A stretch of 64,000 nucleotides of DNA from Mobula hypostoma (Eukaryota), in the NCBI RefSeq assembly GCF_963921235.1, contig NC_086097.1, forward strand, positions 196,790,001 to 196,854,000. Reading direction: 5' to 3'. The notes beneath the pieces were generated by a model. The model was not told the origin of the DNA. It saw only the letters and a program-made list of their open reading frames with translations, and made no database searches. Made by a program: the position numbers and the translations under genes. Of the stretch, positions 23,412 to 36,272 are shown piece after piece; positions within the stretch are counted from its first letter, which is position 1; every line of letters starts with the position of its first letter.

Positions 23412-26400
23412 TTAATTATGCCATCCTATCTTTTGTAAATAAGGGCGCCAAATATTCAAAAATGTTACATATTCATCTCTTAAATTATAAGTAATTTTTT
23501 CAAGTGGAATAGAGCTAGCCATTTCATTATTCCAACGATCCATACTTAAATACGAATCAGATTTCCAAGTAACTGCTATAGTCTTCTTAGCTACTGCCAA
23601 TGCAATTTTTATAAATTCTTTCTGATATTTATTCAATTTAAGTTTCGGTTTTATCCCTTCAATGTCACCTAATAGAAATAATACAGGGTTATGTGGAAGT
23701 TGAATTCCAGTAATTTGTTCCAATAAGACTCTTAAATTTATCCAAAAGGGTTGAATTTTAAAACAAGACCAAGTAGAATGTAAAAAAGTACCAATTTCTT
23801 GATTACACCGAAAACATTTATCAGATAGATTTGAAATTAATCTATTTATTTTTTGTGGTGTAATATATAATTGGTGTAAAAAAATTATATTGTACTAATC
23901 TAAGTCAAACATTTATTGTATTTGTCATACTGTCAAGACAAAGTCTTGACCAATTTGTTTCATCAATATTAATATTCAGATCTGTTTCCCATTTTTGCTT
24001 TGACTTATGGGTTCCTTGTTTAATTGTCTGTTCTTGAATCAAATTATACATACAAGAAATAAATTTTCTAATTTTCCCTTTTTGAATTAAAATTTCAATT
24101 TCATTAGGCTTTGGCAAAAACATTGTTTGACCCAGCTTCCTATTAAGTAAGCCCTTAATTGAAAGTAACAAAAGAAAGTATTATTAGATATTTTATATTT
24201 ATCCTTTAATTGTTCAAATGACATCAATATACCTCGCTCAAAACAATCTCCTATAAATTTAATCCCTTTTTGGTACCAATTATATAAAAATTGATTGTCC
24301 ATTGTAAAAGGAATAAGTCTGTTTTGGAACAAAGGTCTCCTTGCTAATAGAGATTTCTGTGTTTCCTTATCAACATTTATCTTATTCCATAGATCAATCA
24401 AATGTATTAATATAGGAGATTCTTTCTTTTCCCGTATCCATTTAGATTCCCATTTATATATAAAATCTTCAGGTTTATTTTCTCCTATCTTGTCTAGTTC
24501 TATTTTAATCCATGCTGGTTTTTGATCATCGAAAAAAGATGCAATAAATCTAAGTTGATTTGCTTTATAGTTTTTAAAGTTTGGAAGTTGTAACCCTCCT
24601 AACCCAAATTTACATGTCAGTTTTTCCAATGATATTCTTGACATTTTACCTTTCCAAAGAAATTTTCTCACACATTTATTTAACTCTTGAAAAAATTTCT
24701 GTAGCAATTGTATTGGTAATGTTTGAAACAAATACTGTAATCTAGGAAATATCATTTTTACAACATTGACTCTACCTACTAATGTTATTGGTAGTATCAT
24801 CCATTTGTCAAGATCTTCTTGAATTTTTTTCAATAGTGGTAAATAATTAAATTTATATAAATTCTTTACATCATTATCAAGTCTTATACCTAAATACTTT
24901 ATACCATTTACCGGCCATCTAAATTGGGTTACTAATCGACATTGACTATAGTCTCCTTTAGTAAGAGGTAAAATTTCACTTTTATTCCAGTTTATTTTGT
25001 AACCTGATACCTTCCCATATTCATCCAATCTAGAAGATAATTTATGTATCGAATGTTGTGGGTTTGTTAAATAGATAAAAACATCATCGGCAAAAAGATT
25101 AATTTTATATTCCTCTTGGTTAACTCTAAAACCCATAACATCTGGATCAATTCTAATTAGTTCTGCTAATGGCTCTATCGCCAATACAAATAAAGCAGGT
25201 GAGAGTGGACAACCTTGTCTAGTTGACCTTTTTAACTGGAATGGTGTTGAAATTTGAGAGTTTGTCACTACTTTAGCTTTAGGGTTAGAATTTAAAGTTT
25301 TAATCCAATTTATAAAAGATGTTCCTAACCCATATTTTTCTAATACTTTAAATAAAAAATCCCATTCTAATCTATCAAATGCTTTTTCTGCATCCAAAGC
25401 TACTACTATACTCTTCTCATCCCTTTTTTGTGCCAAATGAATTATGCTGAGTAGCCAAGTTGCATTATCTGCCAGTTGTCTATTTTTAATAAATCCTGTT
25501 TGATCCATATGTATTAATTTTGGTAAATATTTAGATAATCTATTCGATAAAATTTTTGCTATTATTTTATAATCCGTATTCAATAAAGAAATAGGCCTGT
25601 ATGATGTTGGTTTCATAGGATCTCTGTCCTTTTTTGGCAATACTATTACAATCGCTGTTGAAAAAGATTCTGCAAGTTTATGTGTTTTTACTGCTTGACG
25701 TATTAGTTCCATAAAAAGAGGAAATAATAAATCTTTAAATTTTTTATAAAATTCAGGTGGAAAACCATCTTCTCCTGGAGATTTATTACTTTGGAGTGAT
25801 CTTAAAGCTTCTTCAACTTCTTTTAATGTAAAAGGCATATCTAATCCCCTCTGTTCTTCCAAATTCAATTTTGGAAGAGAAACTTGTGATAAAAACCTTT
25901 CTATCTCATTAACATCATTTTGGGATTCTGATTGATATAATTCAGAATAAAAATTTTTAAAGGTTTCATTTATTTCAAGAGGTTTATAAGATATTTTATT
26001 TGCCCTTGTTCTAATTGCATTTATTGTTTTGGAAGCTTGTTCTGTTTTCAACTGCCAGGCAAGAATTTTATGTGCTCTCGCACCTAACTCATAATACCTT
26101 TGTTTAGTTCTTATAATTGCTTTTCCCGTTCTATATGTCTGAAGCGTATTATATTGTAACTTCTTATTGACAAGTTGTCTTCGTTTTTCTTCTGACATAT
26201 ATCTTTGAGATTCTTTTTCTATTCTTGTAATCTCTTTTTCCAATTGATCTAGTTCTGCCATATATTCTTTCTTAATTTTAGACGTATAACTTATTATCTG
26301 TCCCCTAAGATATGCTTTCATCGCATCCCATAATATAAATTTATCCTCCACTGAATGAAAATTTGTATCCAAAAAAAATTGAATCTGCTTTTTCATAAAA

Positions 26401-27194
26401 TCACAAAAATCTTGACGTTTTAGTAATGTTGAATTAAATCTCCATCTATAAGCCACTTCTTCCTTATCAACCATTATTATTGTCATTAATAAAGGAGAAT
26501 GATCTGATAATATTCTTGCTTTATATTCCATATTTTTCACTCTGTGTTGAATATGCATTGATAATAGAAAAAAATCTATCCTTGAGTAAGTTTTATGTCT
26601 ATGGGAATAGAACGAATAGTCTCTTTCTTTAGGATTGATTCTTCTCCATATATCAATCAAATTTAAATCTTTCATCAATGATAAAGTTAAATTTACTACC
26701 TTCGATTTTATAACAGCCTTGGTTGATCTATCTAAGACTGGGTCTAAGCAAAAATTAAAGTCTCCTCCAATTAATATTTTTTCATGTGCATCCGCCAAAT
26801 TCAAAAAAGCTTCTTGTATGAATTTTGCATCATTTTCGTTTGGTGCATAAATATTCATAAAAGTCCATAGTTCGGAAAAAAGTTGACAATGTATAATCAC
26901 ATATCTCCCTGCAGAATCAGTTATTACACTTTGTATTCTAATTGGTAATGTTTTATTGATCAAAATTGCTACTCCCCTCGCTTTTGAATTAAATGAAGCC
27001 GCAACAACACTACCCACCCAATCTCTCTTTAGTTTCTGATGTTCTGTTTCTGTTAGGTGTGTTTCCTGTAAAAAAGCTAAATCTATCTTCATTTTTTTAA
27101 TATATGTTAAGATTCTTTTTCTTTTCACTGGTCCATTAAGCCCATTAACATTAAAACTCAAAAAATTCAATAAATTAATCATTATTCTTAACAA
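23412..27194 (-). pseudogene. L1 ORF2 (APE endonuclease + RT), frameshifted near the C-terminus
   Basis: SFNVNGLN, FLQETH, GGDFN, YSRIDFF, SDH; LDAEKAFD, RQGCPLSP, FADD. Open for ~1000 aa, then continues in ORFs 23905..24171 and 23412..23723. Confidence 0.95.
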
Positions 27195-27641
27195 AGTTAC
27201 TCCAATCTAAAACATTACTTATCTTCTCAACTCTCATAGTTCCTTGGGGAATCTCTTGAAACTTCACCATGTTGCTATGTGTCCCCCCCCCAACCTTCCA
27301 GGCAAAAAGAAAAAAAAATAGAAAAAAAAAGAAAAAACAAAATACCCCCCCACTAATGTTGTGAATGAAAGGATACACAACACTACCCCCCTCCATTTTA
27401 TGGGTCACGGCAAAAGCCACGCTTGCACACATGATTAACGTAGCAATCCATCAGTGCTTCTTCAGCTCCCCCGCAACAAGAAAAGTTATATATATGTATA
27501 TAGACAAAATTAGTATTACTATTCCCAACTAATTTCCTCCAGTATTAACCTTTCTTACCCCCCTCATATAATTAATAATATATTTATACATTCATCCAGC
27601 TTCAAAAATCCAACGTCCATTCTTTAACCCAATCTTCATCT

Positions 27642-28764
27642 TCAATCTATCTCGCTCTCCTGAGTTTGTTCTTGTATCTGGTGAATATTCAGAGAATCTC
27701 GCACAAACTGCTCTGCTTTCTGGTAGTCATCAAAAAATCTTTTTTCTCCACCAGGCAAAATAATCTTCAAAGTTGCAGGATAACGCAGTATAAATTGATA
27801 ACCATGATCCCATAGGGTTTTTTTCACTGGATTAAACTTCTTCCTTTTCTTCAAAAGTTCGTAACTTATATCAGGGTAGAAAAAAACTTTGTTCCCTTTA
27901 ATTATCAATGGCCCTTTTCTGTCTTTGGCAGCTCGAGCAGCTGCCTGTAGAATCCTTTCCTTGTCTTGAAATCTTACGAATTTTATTAAAATCGATCATG
28001 GATATTGGTCATCTTTTGGTTTTGGTCTTAGAGCTCTATGTGCCCGCTCAATTTCAATTGGTCGAACCTCCTCTCCCATTTGCAAAACATCCGGGATTCA
28101 TCTTTGAAAAAATTCTATTTGCCTTTTCTCCCTCCATACCTTCTGTAAGACCAACAATTTTAATATTATTACGTCTACTGAAATTTTCCAACATGTCCAC
28201 TTTCTCCAAGAGTCGGTTTCTTTCCGAGTTCCAGACAAGCAAATCATTTTCTGTTTTTTCCACTCTGTCATTCATAAGCCCCATTTCTCTTTCCATCTTC
28301 TGAAGCTTCTTTTCCATTTTGTCCTGTCTTTCCATAACTTTATTATAGCACCTCTTCGTATCACTAAGCTCTTCTCTTACTTTTCTTAATTCAGCTGTTG
28401 ATTGCAATATAGCCTCTCTTATGTCTCTATCATCTCCTTTACTTCCACTGGCTTCCAATTCTTCTTCCTCTTCTTCATCTGTGTTCTCTGCAGAATCCAG
28501 TTCTGACTCTGAGTCATTTTCAATTGCAGTGGGTGTCGGTTCTTGTAGTTTGCGCTGTGTCGATTTGCGCATGCGCTCTTCTTTGCGCATGCGCATTTCC
28601 GGTGTCTTCTTCGGAGAAACCGTTGCCACCGCCATTGCTCCCTGTTCTACCGAAGGAGATCCAACCTGAGTCCGAGGCTCCATCGTTGCAGTAGGCCCTT
28701 TTTTCTTCCCGTCTCGCGGCTGCTTTGCAACAGCAGACTTCTTTTGTTGCAGTTTAGGAGACAT
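27642..28764 (-). pseudogene. L1 ORF1 (coiled coil, RRM, CTD), disrupted
   Basis: LENFSRRNNIKIVGLTEG and VFFYPDIS...LRYPATLKI lie in separate ORFs. Confidence 0.9.
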
Positions 28765-29094
28765 ATCGTAAAGTAGTCTTGCAAAGTTTATAAATAGTTT
28801 TCAGAAAATATTTACCAACTTTGTTTTATTTAAACGGTACTTTACTGATTTGTTGCGGGAGAGCTGGATTTACACGTCTCAATCCCACGTCATCACGTGA
28901 CGCCCCCCACATCTGCTTTCTAAGATGTAGCCACAACTCAGCACAATATGGTTTCTTGGAGTCTTGGGCCGAGTAGATGCCATGTCAAGCTTTGCATCTG
29001 GATGGAATGCCTTCATTGGTGCATCAATTTAAAAACTGATGAGGGTCAACAAAGGCATGCCACATTTTTTTTTAACTTCCTGAGGAATTTGCAA

Positions 29095-29830
29095 GATAGA
29101 TAGATAGATATACTTTGTTAATCCTGAGGGAAATTTGGTTTCGTTACAGCCACACCAACCAAGAGTAGAGCGTAAATATAGCAATACAAAAAAACCCAAC
29201 AATCAAACACCAAAATGCAAACTATGCCAGATGGAAAATAAGTCCAGGACCAGTCTATTGGCTCAGGGTGTCTGACCCTCCACGGGAGGAGCTGCACGTT
29301 CGATGGCCACAGGCAGGAACGACCTCCCGTGCCGCCAAGTGTTGTATCACGGTGGAATGTGGCCGAAGTCCAACAGTAAAAGGTTTAGTATCCAGTCTGT
29401 AAACACGTTTCTCGATCGTAATATACCCCGGATTGCACCATCCGTTGTTAGCCAGAACAGTGAGCACCGAACTCCTTTACGCTTACCGCTCTCAGTGCAC
29501 TTCTGGTCAGCCGGAACGGTATTACCCACCGAACTCCTCTTCTCCAAAAGTCTCTGTTGTCTCGACCTGGTCCTCTTTCCTCAGCTTTGTGATCCCCCTC
29601 TGTGTGTTTTCCTCCGGATTTCAGCAAGGGTGTCCACCGCTCTGTTCGCTAAGCCGGCCGGTCTTTGCTGGTCCGTGAAATACACAATGCGGCTTTGCTT
29701 CTGTCCCGCGTGTCGGGATGTAACCATTTCCAGCGCTAAAGAAAACCCAAAGAAACACTGGTGTGTTGTTTTTTTTTGGCTGTGGTGCCTGTGGTTGAAC
29801 CAGGACAGGCAGTTGGAGATATTCAATCCT
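29095..29830 (-). mobile_element. CpG-rich non-LTR-type element with (TATC)n tail, nested in an older Rex-like relic (~28930-30350)
   Basis: agatagatagatagata followed by tactttgttaatcctgagggaaatt; retains CpG unlike its flanks. Confidence 0.6.
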
Positions 29831-30574
29831 AGGAACATGAAGCTTTTTACCTTGACTCAATGCTGTTGATGTGAACAGGAGCATGTGCACTGACATCCCC
29901 TGCTCCATCCATTCCTGAAGTCAATGACCATCTGTTCTGCTGACATCGAGGGAAAAGTTATTGGAGTGATAACATGCTCTAGGCACTCTATCTCATTCAC
30001 AGTTATTCGAGATTCTGCCCACCTGCAAACGTGTAGATGGAGTTGGAGCAGAATCTGGCTACATTGCCATGAATATGTAGAGAGTAAAGTTGGGGGCTGA
30101 GTATGCGGATGTTTAGGGGACCAATGTTGAATATAATTGTAGTGCAGGGTCTCGCTGCCTATCCTTACTGATTCGTGGTCTGTTGGTCAGGAAGTCCATT
30201 TGCTAAGGGAGGTGTTGAATCCCATGTTTAGGAGTATTGGAGATGTTTGCTTGAAATTATAGTATTGAATGCAGAGCTGTAGTGAGTAAACATTAGTTTA
30301 GGATAGTCTTTACTGTCAGATGCTCCTGAGATATGTGTAGGGCCAGGGGTTCATTTGGTTGATCTCTTTTCAGAACTTAAAATACCTTTTGTCTGTTGCA
30401 TGTTGAATTGTTTTTTTGTGTGTGTAATGGAGGGAAATTAAGTTACTATTGGGAAAATTGAGGTGAACTTTTCCAAAATATTTCTCCCCCCCCCCCCCCA
30501 AACATGTATAAGAGAGTATTTTCTAAAGCAAGATATGAAAAGTGAAAATAACAACTGTTGATGCTGGAAATTTA

Positions 30575-30830
30575 TTTTTTATTTAGTGATACAGTGCAGA
30601 GTAGACCTTTGAGCCACACTGGCCCAGCAGCTCCTGACTAACTCTAACCTAATCAGGGGACAATTTTAAAATTAACTTACCCAATATGCAATATGTCTTT
30701 GGACTGTGGTAGGAAACTGACACACCCAGGAAGGATGTACATACTCCTTAGAGGTGGCACCAGAATTGAACTCTGAACTCTGGATCACACCAAGCTGCAA
30801 TAGTGCCACACTAACCACTGCACTACCATT
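30575..30830 (-). mobile_element. tRNA-derived V-SINE/HE1-like SINE
   Basis: Reverse complement shows a tRNA-like head (ggtagtgcagtggttag...gttcaattc) and V-domain gtttcctaccacagtccaaagac. Confidence 0.7.
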
Positions 30831-33764
30831 GCACCAAATCTGAAATGGAAATGCCTAGCAGGTCAAACAATATCTGAGAAGAGAGAGGTGATGTGTTATA
30901 ATTCAATAACCTTTCATTGGCGCACTGGCTATTGCTAGCATTAGCTAGAAAAGCTACCTCAGCTGATTTAATTAAATTCAAATCGAACCCTAAAAGTGCC
31001 TGGATAGACAAAGGGGTTCCATAATTTAAGATTCTCCTCCTTGTTTTAAACATCTCCAATTTTCATGTCATTTGCACTGATGAATAAATTAACTTTAAGA
31101 ACGTCATTTATCCTATTTAGAATTAAATAAATAATATTAATGGGCATGTTTTGCAGTTTCTGTAGCCTCAACATTTACTGTCTTCTTAGACGTTGCTTAC
31201 CCTTTAAACATTACATGCTGACACGGAAAATTGCAAAGTTGTTTATTGACTTTTAAAGCTTGCTAGACTTTTCTCAAATATAGACTTGGTCTAACTGATC
31301 TATAACTTGTCCAGTATCTCTCTTGCTTGCCTTTTTAGTTACAATAGTGAAGTGACAAATCCGTGCTTGCAGAAGAAACAGTTCTGAAACTAGAGATCTT
31401 TGGAAAATCATAAATATGGCATCTGCAATGTTCTTAAAAATATAAAATTCATTGGTTTGTAATCTCTTTCTGGGGAATGTCGTAGTTTTATTCATAAATA
31501 TTATTTTGCCTAGATTATTTTGGCAACCCCCCCAATTCTCATCGTTTATTTCAATACTATGTATGGCAGTACTTTCCCATGTACTGCAAGTACTAATGTA
31601 AACTAATTATTCAACATATCTGACATTTCCTTGTTTTTTTTTAATACATTGTCGTAATCTGTTTTCCAGTCACCCCCAGTATCTTACCTCACCCTTATTT
31701 GGTGCCTTTTCTCCCATTACCCTCTTTCCATTCATTACCAAAACCCTTCCTTGCTATGCAAGCAAACCCTTAAGTTTTTTCACCTCTCTCTCGCTCTACC
31801 CTGCTGTTATCTTGCTCTGGCTGCTATCTGCCCTTCTGTCTTGTTCATACTCATGCTAAGTTGGCTGAAAGGGCTGTTTCTTTGCTGTAATACTCTGTGA
31901 CTCTATGCCAACTAAAGGCTGCTGGGACCAAATGCTGGAAGAGCACAGCCAGTCAAGCAGCATCTGTGAAAAGAGGAATTGATCAGTGTTTCATGTCTGA
32001 GTTTCAGATTCCAGCATCATCAGTATGATTTGTTTGCTATTGTTGCAAAGGTGTCACAGGCTCCCCTGGCCCCACCAACTTCTCCCACTACTATCACCAT
32101 AGCCCTCTCCAAGACAATTGCAGATTCAGTATGAGAAAGACACACTGTGGTTTCTGTAACTCCATTTTATACACTTAAAAACTGATGGAGCCATGCTATA
32201 GAGTCCAGAGGACAATTGAAATGAACAACTTCAAGAGCAACAGTGGACTGCTTTTCATCTTCCGGTGCTTTAGAAGCAGTGGTAACTACCATGGAAAGCC
32301 AGCTTGCAGGAAGTTTTGTCCTGTAAATAGTACACATCAGGAAAATGGTGAGTTCCTGAACATATGTTATGGATTGCTTCAGTATCCTATCTGATTACCT
32401 GGCAGATGATGAAATTTAGTGAGTGTACCTTGGCCCATGTTAGAGCCTGGTCATCATCTTCTGTCCCTGGGTCCTTTCAGGATTCTTCCTGCTCTGACAG
32501 TAGACTTTTTTTTAGGGACAGCAACATCTTTGGCTTTGAGAGCATTCAGGCTTTTGACTGACCAATTTACTTATTGTGTACTGTTGGAGATTTTGCACAC
32601 AAGGCTCTCAAGAAATTTCCAAACTATCCGGACTCCATTTATCATGGAAGATTTCTGCTCAATTATGGGCCAGATAGTATATAATCACATAACAGACTTC
32701 ATACAGATTTGTGAAAGGTGTGTTATGAACTGGTTCATGCACCTTAGGGACAGTCACATTTTCCTCCGGCAAAGAAAGGAAAGGTTGGACAATTGTACCT
32801 CCTATGGTACATACTTCCTACTTTTTACCTGCTCCTAATCACTTGTGATAACTAAGTAACAAATCAATTTCTAACACCCAGCCTCCAGATATCCAGGCCT
32901 TGTGAGTTGGTTGTCAGGATTTGTTCAACGTCCTCCTTGATCTGTTCGGACCTCCAAATAGCTTTTGGGACTGGCCACTTTGAGGCCAGAGGCACCTAGC
33001 TAAAACATGGCGGATTTAATAAAGAACCCAAAGAAGGAAGAATACAAGCAGTTTATCAAAATCTACTTTCCATAATTTCTGATGTCTTGCATGTCAGTAG
33101 TATGCTGAGTAAATGTACTTGGGTACACTTGTTAATTTAGTTTCTCTTGAATAATGCAACTGTTGGCTTTCGAGATGACGTAAATCCTGCTGCATGCTTT
33201 ACAATATAGTGAAGTACTGAATGTTATAGACATGGAGGGAAAAGAGCAGCAAGACAATGAAGCTGAGAGGAGTGGTATGCAATGCTATTGAAGATATTTG
33301 GGCTGTCCTGGCTGTTTTGAAGTTCAAAGTAAATTTATTATCAAAGTACATACATGTCACTATATATGACCCTGGGATTCATTTTCCTGCAGACAATCAC
33401 AGTAACTACAAGAATCACAATAGTATCAATGAAAGACCACACCCAACAGGACAGACAAACAACCAATGTGCAAAATACAAAGTGCAAATGCCAAAACAAA
33501 CAAACAAATAAATAAATAATCAATATAAAGAGCAGGACATGTGATGAAGATCAATGAACCTCCAGATTTATCATAACTGACAACCACACTTTGCCTAGCC
33601 CTTTCCATAAATATTAATGGGTCCCATATTTGGTATTACATCCTTTGTCTACCCCTGTTGGAACAGTTCAATCTTTTTCAATAGTTGACGATATGTTTTT
33701 AAAAAAGACTGGTAGCATATATGCCATTTGCTAAGGCTGAATACATGATCACTACGGGACAATA

Positions 33765-34375
33765 CCATCAAGTACATGAGTTTAGGAGCCGAGAGGTAAT
33801 GTTGCAGCTATATAGGATCCTGGTCAGACTCCACTTGGAGTACTGTGCTCAGTTCTGGTCGCCTCACTATAGGAAGGATGTGGAAACCATAGAAAGGGTG
33901 CAGAGGAGATTTACAAGGATGTTGCCTGGATTGGGGAGCATGCCTTATGAGAATAGGTTGAGTGAACTCGGCCTTTTCTCCTTGGAGTGTTGGAGGATGA
34001 GAGGTGACCTGCTAGAGGTGTATAAGATGATGAGAGGCATTGATCATGTGGACAGTTAGAGGCTTTTTCCCAGGGCTGGAATGGCTAGCATGAGAGGGCA
34101 CAGTTTTAAGGTGCTTGGAATTAGGTACTGAGGAGATGTCAGGGGTAAGTTTTTTTTTAATGCAGAGAGTGATGAGTATGTGGAATAGGCTGCCGGCGAC
34201 GGTGGTGGAAGTGGATATGATAGGGTCTTTTAAGAGACTCCTACACAGGTACATGGAGCTCAGAAAAATAGAGGGCTATGGGTAACCCGAGGTAATTTCT
34301 GAGGTAAGGACATGTTCAGCACAGCTTTGTGGGCCAAAGGGCTGTATTATGCTGTAGGTTTTCTGTGTTTCTACG
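33765..34375 (+). mobile_element. CR1 3' fragment
   Basis: EFRSREVMLQLYRILVRLHLEYCAQFWSPHYRKD. Confidence 0.9.
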
Positions 34376-34859
34376 TACTAAGTTTATTCAGTAATATGAA
34401 GATATAATTACACTTGTTAGGAAATCCACAAATTGTGGGATACTATCAGTTTATAGATAACATTTTGAGCTGTTCAGAACAAGTAATCCAGAAAATATAT
34501 GAAGTCTCCATTTAAGGTTAAAGGAAATAATTTGTGCAAGGATTTATTTTCTCACCTTTTTTAAAAAAAAAGTAAATATTCCTTTATTGGGGATTTGGAC
34601 AGAATAGGAAATGAAAGAGGAAGACATAAGATAGAAATAATTGGTGGTCTGCCTATATATAAGATCATACAAAATATATTTCCAACTTTCATTTTGGAAT
34701 AGGCCAAAGTGGCACTCCATGCAGCTGTTGCTAAAGTGAACTTCAGTTTTATCATATAGATTAAGAGTAGCAAAACATTTTTGTTTTATTTTCCCAGTAT
34801 TTACATTTAATATACAATATTATGCAATGACATTGTTTGATTTAAAAAAAAATTAAAGC

Positions 34860-36210
34860 CTGCCTTTAGCTGATACTTTTATCAGGTCACACCTCTGATA
34901 CTCCAGTGAAAACAATTCAAGTTTGTCCAACCTCTCCTTATAACTAATACTCTGTTGCAAGCAACATCCTGAAGAACGTCTTAGGGCACCCTCTCACATC
35001 CTGAACTGCACCCAGTGCTTGAAATGTGATCTAACTAATGTTTTATGCTTCATGATTTTTGTACTTAATGCTTGACTGATTTAGGCCATTCAGCCCATTG
35101 AGTCTGCTCCACCATTCTATCATGGCTGATTTATTATCCCTCTCAAACCCACTCTCCTACCTTCTCACCTTATCTTTGACCCCCCCTTCTGACCAAGAAC
35201 CTATCAACCTCCATTTAAGTATACTCATTGACTTAGCAGTGAATTCCACAGATTCACTATGCTCCAGCTAAGTAAATTCTTCCTTACCTCTTCTAAATGG
35301 ATGTCCCTCAATTCTGAGGTTGTGCTCTCTGGTCCTAGACTCCCCCAGTACAGGAAACATCCTCTCTGCATCCACTCTATCTAGGCCTCTCAATATTCAG
35401 TAGGTTTCAATGAGATCTGCCCTCATTCCTCTTAACTCTAGTGAGTGAGCCATCAAATGCTCCTCATATGTTAAACCTTTCATTCCTGGAAACGCCTCTG
35501 GATTCTCTGCAATATCAGCACATCTTTTCTTATATAAGAGGTCCAAAACTCCTCACTACTTTCCAAGTGCAGTCTGACCAATGATTTTTGAAGCCTCAAT
35601 CAGATTCTTGCTTTTAGATTTTAGTCCTCTCAAAATGAATGCTAATATTGATTTGCCTTCCTCACCACTGACTTGAGCTGCAAGTTAACCTTTAGGGATT
35701 CCTTTTTCGTCACCTTGATGACAATTCATTGCAGCAGATTTGTTGCTTTAGTTTACTTAGATGTAATGAAACTTCGCTGAGACATTATTTCAAGAGGGTT
35801 TGAATAAAAGCAAGGATATAATGCTGAGACTTTAAGGTGTTGGTCAGATTGCATTTTTGAGTACCCGTGTCGAAAGAAGGATGTGTTGGCATTGGATAGG
35901 ATCCAGAGGAGGTTTACAAGAATGATCCTGGGAATGAAAGGGCTAACATACAAGGAATTCCTGATTGCTCTGAGTCTGTACTTGCTGAAGTTTACAAAGA
36001 TGCAGGGTGGAGTCATCTCATTGGAGTCTACCGAATATTGAAATCCTAGATTGAGTGGACATGGAGAGTATGTTTTCAATAGTGGGAGAGTCCAGGACCA
36101 GATGGCACAGTCTCAGAATAGAAGAATGTCTCTTTAGAACAGAGAAGAGGCAGAATTTTTTTAGCCTGAGGCTGATGAATGCAGTATGTGGAATTCATTA
36201 CCACAGATAG
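34860..36210. mobile_element. Decayed CR1 3' fragments (minus ~34860-35700, plus ~35780-36210)
   Basis: Similar to 1960-2450 and 53220-53900. Confidence 0.75.
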
Positions 36211-36272
36211 CTTGGAGACTAGGCCCAATCTGAGTTGAAATTTGCAGGTAGCAATTCCACTGCTGCTGTTGA

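Larger units (their letters stand above)
23172..28908 (-). mobile_element. Full-length L1-clade LINE, ~5.7 kb
   Basis: 13-bp TSD acatctgctttct at 23159-23171 and 28909-28921; TTTCT/AA endonuclease site; G-run 5' end; short poly(A); ORF1 and ORF2 present. Confidence 0.96.

Noticed and set aside
32130..33060. Coding-looking stretch as an extra exon or retrocopy
   Set aside because: No recognisable protein in the frames I read and no convincing splice sites
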